A stretch of DNA of 56,708 nucleotides from assembly GCA_030141605.1 (NCBI GenBank), contig JAQGDQ010001187.1, positions 1-56,708 of the forward strand, in the 5' to 3' direction. A program made the translations under genes and the position numbers. A model generated the notes under the pieces. The model was not told the DNA's origin, did no database searches, and worked only from the letters and a program-made list of their open reading frames with translations. How positions within the stretch are numbered: position 1 is the first letter of the stretch; the number at the start of each line of letters is the position of its first letter. Origin of the DNA: Tubiluchus corallicola (lineage: Eukaryota > Animalia > Priapulida). Shown in pieces: positions 13,641 through 25,540 of this stretch.

Positions 13641-14957
13641 GTAACTTGTACACTGTACATGAGTAGTCTTGTGTACGCATAGTCTTGTACACTGTACATG
13701 GGTAGTCTTGTGTACGCGTAGTCTTGTACAATGTACATGGGTAGTCTTGTGTACGCGTAGTCTTGTACAATGTACATGAGTACCCTTGTGTACGAGTAGT
13801 CTTGTACGATGTACATGAGTAGTCTTGTACAATGTACATGAGTAGTCTTGTGTACGAGTAGTCTTGTACGACGTACATAGGTAGTCTTGTGTACGAGTAG
13901 TCTTGTACGATGTACATGGGTAGTCTTGTGTACGAGTAGTCTTGTACGACGTACATAGGTAGTCTTGTGTACGAGTAGTCTTGTACGACGTACATGGGTA
14001 GTCTTGTGTACGAGTAGTCTTGTACAATGTACATGAGTAGCCTTGTGTACGAGTAGTCTTGTACGACGTACATGGGTAGTCTTGTGTACGCGTAGTCTTG
14101 TACGATGTACATGGGTAGTCTTGTGTACGAGTAGTCTTGTACGACGTACATAGGTAGTCTTGTGCACGAGTAGTCTTGTACGACGTACATGGGTAGTCTT
14201 GTACAATGTACATGGGTAGTCTTGTGTACGGGTAGTCTTGTACAATGTACATGGGTAGTCTTGTGTACGCGTAGTCTTGTACAATATACATGAGTAGCCT
14301 TGTGTACGAGTAGTCTTGTACAATGTACATGAGTAGCCTTGTGTACGAGTAGTCTTGTACGACGTACATGGGTAGTCTTGTGTACGAGTAGTCTTGTACA
14401 ATGTACATGAGTAGCCTTGTGTACGAGTAGTCTTGTACGACGTACATGGGTAGTCTTGTGTACGAGTAGTCTTGTACGACGTACATAGGTAGTCTTGTGT
14501 ACGAGTAGTCTTGTACGACGTACATGGGTAGTCTTGTGTACGAGTAGTCTTGTACGACGTACATGGGTAGTCTTGTGCACGAGTAGTCTTGTACGACGTA
14601 CATGGGTAGTCTTGTACAATGTACATGGGTAGTCTTGTACGACGTACATGGGTAGTCTTGTACAATGTACATGGGTAGTCTTGTGTACGCATAGTCTTGT
14701 ACAATGTACATGGGTAGTCTTGTGTACGAGTAGTCTTGTACAATGTACATGAGTAGCCTTGTGTACGAGTAGTCTAGTACGATGTACATGGGTAGTCTTG
14801 TGTACGCGTAGTCTTGTACAATGTACACAGGTAGTATTGTGTACGCGTAGTCTTGTACGACGTACATGGGTAGTCTTGTGTACGCGTAGTCTTGTACGAC
14901 GTACATGGGTAGTCTTGTGTACGAGTAGTCTTGTACAATGTACATGGGTAGTCTTGT
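13641..14957. repeat. 39-bp minisatellite made of 16-bp and 23-bp subunits
   Basis: Subunits gtagtcttgtgtacga and gtagtcttgtacgacgtacatgg; the 16-mer is occasionally skipped. Confidence 0.96.
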
Positions 14958-15235
14958 TGGCAGAGCTAACAGTATCGAGCACTTGGCAGGAAATTTCAAA
15001 TAAGCGTGTTTTAGATCGTGAATTTACCGAACATAAAAATGCAGAAACTAACGAGCCGCTCGTTTAGCGTTACGAGGGTTTGTTAAAACTAAACAATTAC
15101 TGATGCTCAAAACGCAGCAATACACACATTAGCTGTACAACAACAGCAATCGGCTTTTTGCATGAACAATTCACATTAACTCAAAGAGCTATTATGTAAT
15201 TAACAACCTACAACTACAAACAGAGACTAGTATTA

Positions 15236-15348
15236 ACTTGCAGGGCAACAGCAGGTACCATTTTTAAAGTCTTTGGTACGACGCGGCCACAGTGTCGAAC
15301 TCACGACCTGCCAGATGGAAAGCGGACGCGTTGCCACTAGACTAAACC
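15236..15348 (-). mobile_element. tRNA-derived SINE head plus start of body (possibly MetaSINE-like), truncated
   Basis: The minus strand has A-box-like TAGTCTAGTGG and B-box-like GAGTTCGACAC, followed by CGTACCAAAGACTTTAAAAATGGTACC, which resembles metazoan SINE2 bodies from memory. Confidence 0.6.
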
Positions 15349-15825
15349 TACTAAATACTAGTTAACTACTTCGTGTGAACATTTTGTTACATGCTTTTTC
15401 AGCTGTTTGAAGAACATGATAATGACACGATGGGTTGGTTTGAAGTTAGATCTTAGTAAATCCCTAGTGTAAACTAAATGTGTAGTACTGGAACTATCGA
15501 ATGGATATTGTTGAAGTAACAGACAAACAAAACTTTTTTCTTTATTTTAGCAGTTTCATTTGTTTGTCGATTGCGATTTGCACTTTTTGAATAAATTAAC
15601 ATTTTTTGACATCATTTCAGCATTAGAATTGGTGTCGCGAACAAGAATAAAATCTGGTCGAGAACGGGGTACTTATTTTGGTTCCTAGATCTCTCTTATT
15701 TCATGTTCAGCTCAGAAAAGAGTCGATGTATCAAACACTAAATGTTTTATCTAAAGTTCGTTCTCGAAAGGGTTTATTATTAGTGTTAAAGGTGTATTGC
15801 TATTTCATATATAACGATATAGCAT

Positions 15826-16213
15826 GTTGTTGGCATCCTTCTGTCTCGGAAGACAATGGAGTGTACGCCAAGAGAGTCAGTTATTGATCACATTGATGGA
15901 GCTGCAGCGTCGACTGTGGCTGAGCAGTACGATCCTCGAACGTCTCCAGGGCGCACGCCTGGGCAAGGTGTATGGAGATGCTGAGTTGCCCAAACAACAG
16001 GAACCCCCTCTCTTCCTCGCTGGTGTAGTACAAACGAAAGCGGAGCGATACGTTTGGCACCAGGTTGGCCGCAGGAGTTGCCGGAGTCAGTGAGTATGCT
16101 GCACTGGTTCGCCTTTGGGGCTCCACTCCTGATTTGGAAGGTTTACTCCTCTACACATGGTCGTTGGGTCACTTGACCTCCTCTGTCCTCTAGCCGTTGG
16201 CTGCTTGTTCAGC
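15826..16213 (-). mobile_element. Non-autonomous bipartite RTE-derived retroelement, copy 1
   Basis: Inverted match to 47350-47722. RTE-like 3' end GACAGAAGGATGCCAACAAC. Degenerate TSD aacgatatagcat / aatgacataacat. Confidence 0.75.
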
Positions 16214-16779
16214 AATGACATAACATAACAGCCTAATAACTTCACATGACCTGTAAATAAAACAAAATAATGTTAGTCAACGTCACGAAATTCACAATTC
16301 AATATATCATCATGGGATTCTTTATTCCCGACACACTTAGTGTCTTAATTACGCGAGGAAAACCGGCTTCTATACGTGGCGAAAAACTAACTTCTCTTTA
16401 ACTAGAGTTCGTACATACTAAGTTTAGAGATAGCTTTGCCTCTTAACGCGGGAAAGACCTGCTCCATCAACTTTCACGGTCGTCAGGTCTTTCCCAACGA
16501 ATTATTTCCTGCCTTGGACTTTATACCCCAGGCCTATACATTAAACAGTTACACGGTTAATGATGCGATAAGACAGGTTTCCTATATACATGCTTGCACA
16601 GAACTACAGAAGTAATTATGAACTACTTCTTTAAGTACTTCGTACAGTTATTTATACAGAGCAAATATTAATTTGCTTACTTCGGAAATGAGTTTCAGAC
16701 GGTTGGTTACTTCTAGCCGCTGTTAGTAAGTAAAAATAGTGCATAGAGTCACTCGAGAGACGAAAATATTTGTCAAAGT

Positions 16780-17204
16780 CAGAGGCGTATTTACCAATAA
16801 GCTAACTAGGCTATAGCCTAGGGCGCCAAAGTTTGAATGGTGCAATATTTTAGGCGTCCAATTTTAAGTAATTCTTATTCTCCTCGGAAAATGTGTGTCC
16901 GTTCATATTTTTGTAAACAAGCATTGTTAACACATGTAATACGGCACAGGCAGTTACTGAGAACTCTATTATATAAATGCCCTATAATGAACAAGTACAA
17001 GGTATTACACAACAAGCAGTTGCCTACCCTGCTTGCATATAAGCACAATTCATATACACGTAATTAACAATGATCATCAAGTCAATAGTATTACTAATAC
17101 ACCACAAGTAATTTTTAATCTGCGCATTACATAATCAAGTATAAATTCACATGGCCGGAGAGATTTATTAGCCTAGGGCATTGTGAGGTCTTGATATGCC
17201 CCTG
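16780..17204. mobile_element. hAT-type MITE (family H2)
   Basis: TIRs CAGAGGCGTAT ... ATATGCCCCTG. Perfect 8-bp TSD GTCAAAGT at 16772-16779 and 17205-17212. Confidence 0.85.
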
Positions 17205-18579
17205 GTCAAAGTGTCAGACAGTGAGACAAGATACTCAGACTGTAAGTAAAAAAATGCTGACATTACAAGTGAAAAGACGAAGGAAAATAATCAAAGATCT
17301 TTTAGCTGTAGCCATAACGCTCTTTCAGTTACTTTTATTTCAATCGCTGCAGCTTCTGCTTATTTTATTGGCTGGTCTCACTAGTACAGACAGTAGCAAC
17401 TTGATCCAACTGTGTAAATGGTCCTCCCCTCTAACAACAGATTCTAGAAATGCATTTATCAGTTGCCGCGTAGTAGGTTATTTAGAATCCGAAAGCATAT
17501 CATGATGCAAGGCGACGAAGATGCAGTTGCAATTGTATCACATCTCTGAGTGCAGGATGATTGACATGTTAATGTCTGTTGGAAGATATTTCCTCAATTG
17601 ATGCAGACACATCAAAACAGACCTCTTATTAAAGTAGTCGTTTCGACACGCATGGTAGAAAGGAGGGGCGCGTGGCACAGTGCAGGCAGCCTCTTCTTGA
17701 ATTGCTCATAATTGCGCTGTATTTGAGCTCAGCCTGATATGAAAGTTCTCCTCAATTCTGAACAAGTCGTGTTATTACAGGTTGTGACATTCGTTGCATT
17801 GACATGAAACGATTCCATTGTACTAGTATCAGGCACGGCTTCTTCGTGGCTAATGCGTGTTTGCTAAACTGTTGTTGCACGCAATTTGCAAGGAGGAACT
17901 TGGTTTGAGTGCAACCGCGCGCTTCGTAGATTGGAAATAATGTCTCTCAGCGTTTATGGACGCCATGATTTTGTCGTTTTTTTCCTGCGCTTAACCGTTA
18001 CTGCATTTATAGTTCGACAGGTAAAGTTGAACGACCGGGGCAAAGGCTCAACTGTAGTCGATCAGGAATTAGTGGAAGTTCTGCGTCTAGCTAGATTTGA
18101 GCGTTTGTCATCGTCTTGATTTAAAACTCGAATTGAGCGTTTCAAAAACAAAAACCTTAAATATTAATTTCGTCGTTATAAGTAACTTTGCGCCCAACTA
18201 ACTGACTAAGCGTTCAACCAACCGGTGTTAAAGCGCCACGAACCAACCTAGCAGATGCCTAGGTTAATGTTGCCGTGGATTTAGCCTTTGAGAAAAACCG
18301 TGAGATTTTATTCAGTGAAACTTTAGTGCCACCCATATTTGCATTACCAGAAATTACGGAACAACTATGAAGTTGTCGATCTGCATTGTGTTTTGTTTCC
18401 ATTGTTCTTTATTTTTTCTTCGATCGTAAAAAGAACTAGTAGAAACATTTTTAGTTTCGTCCTGGTAAATGTCACATCTAATATTCATGAAATGTTCACG
18501 TAAGCAAGTTTTGCACACAGAGAACCTATTTGACTAAAGTGTACAACTCCGCATACACAAGAAATTGGTTCTTGAAGCA

Positions 18580-19536
18580 GATTAGGATAAGAGTTAGGGT
18601 TAAGGTTAGGATTAGGGTTAGGTCAGGGTTAGGGTTAGAGTTAGTGTTAGGGTTAGGATTAGAGTTAGGATTAGAGTTAGGATTAGAGTTAGGGTTAGGA
18701 TTAGGGTTAGGTTAGTGTTACAGTTAGGTTTAGTGTTAGGTCAGGGTTAGGGTTAGAGTCAGGGTTAGGGTTAGGGTTAGTGTTAGGGTTAGGGTTAGGG
18801 TTAGGGTTAGGGTTAGGGTTAGGGTTAGGATTAGGGTTAGGGTTAGGGTTAGGGTTAGGGTTAGGGTTAGGGTTAGGGTTAGGGTTAGGGTTAGGGTTAG
18901 GGTTAGGGTTAGGGTTAGGGTTAGGGTTAGCGTTAGGGTTAGGGTTAGGATTAGAGTTAGGGTTAGGGTTAGGGTCAGGGTTAGGGTTAGGGTTAGAGTC
19001 AGGGTTAGGGTTAGGGTTAGGGTCAGGGTTAGGTTTAGGGTTAGTGTTAGTGTTATTGTTAGGGTTAGGGTTAGGGTTAGGGTTAAGGTTAGGTTTAGGG
19101 TCAGGGTTACTGTTAGGGTAAGGGTTAGGGTTAGGGTAAGGGCTAGGGTTAGGGTTAGGGTTAGGGCCAGTATTAGCGTTAGGGTTAGGGTTAGGGTCAG
19201 GGTTAGGTTTAGGGTTAGTGTTAGTGTTATTGTTAGGGTTAGGGTTAGGGCTAGGATTAGAGTCAGGGTTAGGATTGGGTTAGAGTTAGTGTTATTGTTA
19301 GGGTTAGGGTTAGGGCTAGGATTAGAGTTAGGGTTAGGATTGGGTTAGAGTTAGGTTTAGGGCCAGGGTTAGTGTTAGGGTTAGTGTTAGAGTTAGTGCC
19401 AAGGTTAGTGTTAGAATTAGAGTCAGGGTTAGGGTTAGGATTAGGCTTAGTGTTAGGATTAGAGTCAGGGTTAGGGTTAGGGTTAGGGTTAGAGTCAGGG
19501 TTAGGGTTAGGGTTAGAGTCAGGGTTATGGTTAGGA
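18580..19536 (+). repeat. Interstitial telomere-like (TTAGGG)n tract with variant hexamers
   Basis: Near-pure TTAGGG core at ~18783-18930, flanked by TTAGAG/TTAGTG/TCAGGG/TTAGGA variants. Confidence 0.95.
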
Positions 19537-20677
19537 TATCTAAATTGTGTGGGAAATTATAAATTCCTCTCTCTTACATTTGTCCGGGACGTATATCATC
19601 AATTTCACTATTAGAAATTCATTACTAATAATGCAACGTTACACAGTGTTCAGACATGCCAATCAAGTTGTGTGAATGAGCCTTAAAACATTTCCACACA
19701 TTAAAATATTTAATTATCACATCTTTGTAGTATTTCAGAAAATTCATTGTCGTTTTCTACGTTTTTTAGTAAAACAGCAGTACCGCGTTTAGTGTGAAAG
19801 TACCTTTGTGATTAATTTTCCACGGCTGATTGAACGTTTAACGTGTAGCAAATTTTCCAGCTACTGCGCATGCTTCTCGCGCATCGATTGGACTCCCCAG
19901 CGATACGGAGAGGAGGCCACAAAGTGTCTTCAAGTTCTACATAACTAGATGCGTTTGCCAGTGAGTGAAATCATAAACTGACCAGCTGGTTGGAGGATTG
20001 CGGTGCTGATGCTGAAAAGCCCTTTAACGTGAAGCCAAAAGGGAAGAACAATATGTGCGAGAAACCAGGAGAACAGGAAATTCAAGCGTTTGGTTGAAAC
20101 GGTTTTTGTGTTGATAGATTGATGAAGTGTTTTTGTTAGAAATTTGGTTCATCCCTGAAGGTTTAATGAAAAGTTGAATTTGATAAAACACTATTTCCAC
20201 GGTGGCTAGAAGGTAATTAGATTAATTACTTGGTTAATTACGTTAAGCAAATTTTATTCTGCATGTTTATTAAATCGATGAATGTCCGTTGGTTTAAATT
20301 ATAGATTTGCATTTGTTTAAATTAACGATCAAGAGGCAATGAATTTAATAACGGCAACTGCAACGTCAACGACAAGAAAAGAAATGAGAGACAGAACGCC
20401 GGCAGATGAATTTTAGGGGAGATGCGTTCAATGAAATTTAAGGAGATGACTTTTTGTGAGAAACACTTTCCGAATTGCATCTAAAAGCGTTGAGATACGC
20501 TGTAGAATTATTTCTCTAAAATTATATGGAAAAAGTAGGTTAACACGTTTCCGAAGCCACCACCGAATAATGAAGCCTGTCTTCATTCACTCTAGAAACT
20601 CTTATTATCACTTATTTAGCATGTAAGGGAGAGACTGATCAACTGTCAAGAAACTTTCGTTTAACTACAACATAGGC

Positions 20678-21476
20678 ATATACAGGGGCGTTGCCAGGTT
20701 CTAAAGTCAGGGGGAGCAAGTACATATACAGGGGCGTTGCCAGGTTCTAAAGTCAGGGGGAGCAAGTACATATACAGGGGCGTTGCCAGGTTCTAAAGTT
20801 AGGGAGGAGCAAGTACATATACAGGGGCGTTGCCAGGTTCTAAAGTTAGGGGGGAGCAAGTACATATACAGGGGCGATGCCAGGTTCTAAAGTTAGAGAG
20901 GAGCAAGTACATATACAGGGGCGATGCCTGGTTCTCAAGTTAGGGAGGAGCAAGTACATATACAGGGGCGTTGCCAGGTTCTAAAGTTAGGGAGGAGCAA
21001 GTACTTATACAGGGGCGATGCCAGGTTCTAAAGTTAGAGAGGAGCAAGTACATATACAGGGGCGATGCCTGGTTCTCAAGTTAGGGAGGAGCAAGTACAT
21101 ATACAGGGGCGTTGCCAGGTTCTAAAGTTAGGGAGGAGCAAGTACTTATACAGGGGCGATGCCAGGTTCTAAAGTTAGAGAGGAGCAAGTACATATACAG
21201 GGGCGATGCCTGGTTCTCAAGTTAGGGAGGAGCAAGTACATATACAGGGGCGTTGCCAGGTTCTAAAGTTAGGGAGGAGCAAGTACTTATACAGGGGCGA
21301 TGCCAGGTTCTAAAGTTAGAGAGGAGCAAGTACATATACAGGGGCGATGCCTGGTTCTCAAGTTAGGGAGGAGCAAGTACATATACAGGGGCGTTGCCAG
21401 GTTCTAAAGTCAGGGAGGAGCAAGTACATATACAGGGGCGTTGCCAGGTTCTAAAGTCAGGGGGAGCAAGCACATA
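20678..21476. repeat. 46/47-bp minisatellite, ~17 copies, with 141-bp higher-order trimer
   Basis: Unit caggggcgttgccaggttctaaagttagggaggagcaagtacatata. Three variants cycle in order from ~20870 to 21380. Confidence 0.95.
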
Positions 21477-21784
21477 AAAAGGCGCCGCGACTCATACCCA
21501 ACAATTTTTAACCCATTGCTTATAAATTTTAATTTTGTATTTAAAGTCAAGAGACAAGGAGGATGCAGTTTCAAAATAACAATTGTTATTTCGTATTTGA
21601 AATTAAAACACACTGAAAAGTTTTACATTAAACTCGTAGATCTCAAAACATAATAAAAAACGCGTGATTTAAATTTTAAACGTAAAATGCAAACAAAACG
21701 AATAAGTTTCGGCGCCAATTTTGAAAAGCGTCCTCTGGTGACCGGTTGCTCCCTTTGCCCCCCCCCCCATTAGCTACGCCCCTG
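20683..21784. mobile_element. hAT-type MITE (family H3) with amplified left end
   Basis: TIRs CAGGGGCGT ... ACGCCCCTG. 8-bp TSD GGCATATA (20675-82) / GGCGTATA (21785-92). Confidence 0.8.
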
Positions 21785-22046
21785 GGCGTATACCACATTT
21801 TGCACGTAGAGAAATAAAATGAAGTGAGCTTAAAAGCAAATTATTATTATGCTGTGAGGTGCTGATTTTAACTTGAAGAGATTTCTTAACGGCACAGCTT
21901 AAAACAGCAATATTTGGCAAAATTTAAAATGCGATTAAAAGTGCAGTGACAAAGATATTTTCTCAGACAAATGTATTTTTGCTGTGAATCCGATCTGTAT
22001 TGCTAGTTATTGTTCTATAGGTTTTACGCGTCAAATGTATACCTGC

Positions 22047-22442
22047 GTTAACTCAAATGTTGATTTAGGTAGTTCAAATGTGTCTTGGTAACTCAAATGT
22101 AGATTTAGGTAGTTCAAATGTGTCTTGGTAACTCAAATGTAGATTTAGGTAGTTCAAATGTGTCTTGGTAACTCAAATGTAGATTTAGGTAATTCAAATG
22201 TGTCTTGGTAACTCAAATGCAGATTTAGGTAATTCAAATGTGTCTTGGTAACTCAAATGTAGATTTAGGTAATTCAAATGTGTCTTGGTAACTCAAATGT
22301 AGACTTAGGTAGTTCAAATGTGTCTTGGTAACTCAAATGTAGACTTAGGTAGTTCAAATGTGTCTTGGTAACTCAAATGTAGATTTAGGTAGTTCAAATG
22401 TGTCTTTGTAACTCAAATGTAGGCTTAGGTAGTTCAAATGTG
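22047..22442. repeat. 40-bp subterminal array (left arm), ~10 copies
   Basis: Unit actcaaatgtagatttaggtagttcaaatgtgtcttggta, with two CAAATGT cores per unit. Confidence 0.95.
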
Positions 22443-23407
22443 TTAACAATGGTTTTCAACAAATCTTAAACGTTTTTGGTAAGTCAAATGTAGACACATG
22501 TCAAGTCAAATGTGACATTGGTATCTCAAATGTGGATAGGTGGTAAAATTTAAGGGTGTTAAATTTAATCTCCTTTAATCTTAATTTAATAATTGCTCTT
22601 AAGTTAAAATAACAACGTTATAGGTTCACTAGTATTCTGTAAACTTTACATACCATTGGAACTGTTAGAGAAAACAATACATTCTTAAAATAAATAAAGT
22701 GGGAGGGCAGGTAGTAGTGCCGTAGGCTCTCTATCACAAAGCTGTGTTAAGTATGATCACAATAACAACATTTTCGTAAGATTTCGTAGGTCTGCAGTCA
22801 TTAGAAACTGTAGTCTGATGACTGCAATGAAAACCTAATCTCATTAAACTGATCAGCCTTGTCAAACAAAAATCTAACTTTCTTAAGTTTTCTGCTAAAT
22901 AATACACTAATTTATCGCGATGCCTATTTCAACTAATTTAAATAACCCTTGTAATGGATGATTCGGAATTTCCATCAAAATGGCTTAATTTTATTTGCAT
23001 GGCAAATGAATCTGACATTTTATTTCCCATGCAACAGCAACCTAATTTTGCTTCTGCTTATGCAGACTGCATCAATGTTACAAACGCAGATAATTAAACT
23101 TCACGTAGTTTTACTTCAGAAATTTCAGAGATGGAAATATTCACTTGTTTCGTGTCAAAATTGTACCTACGTTCTGTGTGGCTGTGAACTAGCGAATCGA
23201 AATCATTTTTCATCCTATAGAAACAATGGGTAGCAAAAAGACAAATCTATTCTAAACTATTATATGGGCTATTATTGTATATCTTTCGTGCGAAAAGTAC
23301 ATCATATATTAAAATAGGTGACACTAGGCAGTTTAGCAGCATTTGGTCACCTGATACATATTCATAAAATGTCTACTGGATCTGATGCATTTCGTTTCAG
23401 ATCTAGA

Positions 23408-23541
23408 AACTTCCCAGATATAGATAGATACTTCCCAGATATAGATAGATACTTCCCAGATATAGATAGATACTTCCCAGATATAGATAGATACTTCCCA
23501 GATATAGATAGATACTTCCCAGATATAGATAGATACTTCCC
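23408..23541. repeat. 21-bp tandem repeat, ~6 copies
   Basis: Unit acttcccagatatagatagat. Confidence 0.95.
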
Positions 23542-24145
23542 AAGTTGTACAACTTACAACCACAACGTGAACGTTTCCATTTTTTTGTCAGCTCATTTGC
23601 ATAAATACAATAAAAAGTCGAAGATAGCAGCCCACCATGTCTTACACCACAATATTATTAATTATTATTAAAAATCTTTATTGAAAATTATCTCTATTTG
23701 CAGGGCACCAAAGATCAAATATGTTAAATAAATCTTTACATTATGTACATTAAATGAATTACTTGCTAAACAAGCTTACTATTTTGCATTACGATTTACT
23801 TATTCTAAATATATATCCAATATTTATAATCAATGTATAATCAATTTACTATAAGATCATTTTGGGTTAGTTCTTTTACAATATATATATACATTTTAAT
23901 TACATTAGTGGCTCTCTTTCTGTAAATGTTTCGAATATGTAAATGTTATACCACAAGAAATAGAGAACTCAGAACCGAACTTTCCATTCCACCGCACGAC
24001 ACAACATACATTTCTAGAGCACCAATAGTATAACACGTCTACAACTTCAATATCTTTTCCAAGTTCTCAGAGTTTGATAAATAATGCATGATGGGCGACT
24101 TTGTTGATAGCTACACTGGCAACAATAAAACAACAGTATACATGA
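23540..24145 (-). pseudogene. Decayed non-LTR retrotransposon reverse transcriptase fragment (RTEX/L2-like)
   Basis: Manual minus-strand translation gives VYCCFIVASVAINKVAHHALFIKL*ELG...YYWCS...VRWNGKFGSEFSISCG. After a ~300-bp insertion it continues CGVRHGGLLSSTFYCIYANELTKKWKRSRCGC. This matches the RT motifs FxDxSKAFDKV and GVRQGxxLSP. Confidence 0.75.
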
Positions 24146-24639
24146 TAAGCATATACATTTTAACGTTGCTTTCAATAGTTTCATGTAACACGTAAACGCA
24201 TTGTTCACTTACGCATTGTTCACATCTGCTGCTACCCTCTTGAAAGAAACTAATTCATTAATGCAGTGCTAATGCATTACTTAAAAAACTAATTAGTGAT
24301 TCACTGTTCATTGGGAAGTGGGAACCGATTTATTCTTTTTTGTCGACATTTTTTGTAAACGGTTGACAAATAAAATATAGAATTGGTGCATATATTAACA
24401 ATTGTATAATTGATAACTTATTTATGTACAACACTTTTAAGTGTTCTTATCAAATAAACATTTTCTTTACATTTGAAAAATATATAAACGTCCATACAAA
24501 TAGTTGCAAATTAATTAAATATAGTAAAAATTGATGCTGCCGATAGCGCCATGACCGTAAAATATAATTTTAATTTGGTGTTATCTTTTTGTAATTTGCA
24601 CTTAAATGAGTTAATTACCGATTTATTCAAAGTACCGCA

Positions 24640-25540
24640 TCTACATTTGACTTACTTAAGTCACATTTGAGTTACCAAAACACATTCGAAATTCCAATGT
24701 CTACATTTGACTTACCTAAGTCACATTTGAACTTTCTTGTGTCTACATTTGACTTACCTAAGTCACATTTGAACTTTCCTGTGTCTACATTTGACTTACC
24801 TAAGTCACATTTGAACTTTCCCGTGTCTACATTTGACTTACCTAAGTCACATTTGAACTATCTTGTGTCTACATTTGACTTACCTAAGTCACATTTGAAC
24901 TTTCCTGTGTCTACATTTGACTTACCTAAGTCACATTTGAACTTTCCTGTGTCTACATTTGACTTCTAAGTCACATTTGAACTTTCTTGTCTACATTTGA
25001 CTTACCTAAGTCACATTTGAACTTTCCGTGTCTACATTTGACTACCTAAGTCACATTTGAACTTCTGTGTCTACATTTGACTTACCTAAGTCACATTTGA
25101 ACTTTCCTTGTCTACATTTGACTTACCAAGTCACATTTGAACTTTCCTGTGTCACATTGACTTACCAACACATTAACCCACAACACCAACACAAACCCAC
25201 ATTTGACTTACCAAGACACATTTGAACTTTCCAATGTCTACATTTGACTTACCTAAGTCACATTTGAACTTTCCTGTGTCTACATTTGACTTACCTAAGT
25301 CACATTTGAACTTTCCTGTGTCTACATTTGACTTACCTAAGTCACATTTGAACTTTCCTGTGTCTACATTTGACTTACCTAAGTCACATTTGAACTTTCT
25401 TGTGTCTACATTTGACTTACCTAAGTCACATTTGAACTTTCCTATGTCTACATTTGACTTACCTAAGTCACATTTGAACTTTCTTGTGTCTACATTTGAC
25501 TTACCTAAGTCACATTTGAACTTTCCTGTGTCTACATTTG
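24640..25540. repeat. 42-bp subterminal array (right arm), ~20 copies
   Basis: Unit gtctacatttgacttacctaagtcacatttgaactttcctgt, an inverted relative of the left-arm unit. Confidence 0.95.

Noticed and set aside
13538-14999. 400-470-aa ORFs in all three minus frames (likewise 40925-42578 and 52030-53440)
   Set aside because: Multiple frames are open because the repeat lacks stop codons on that strand; this is not coding evidence.
18780-19121. (LG)n ORFs
   Set aside because: Simple translation of TTAGGG repeats.
22815-22836. Hammerhead ribozyme core CTGATGA...GAAA (also CTGACGAG at ~53506)
   Set aside because: No valid stem II closing pair or properly placed GAAA and cleavage triplet.
25140-25222. 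Abrupt C/A-rich break within the 42-bp array
   Set aside because: It is surrounded by many single-base deletions, which is typical of low-quality consensus; likely a sequencing or assembly artefact.
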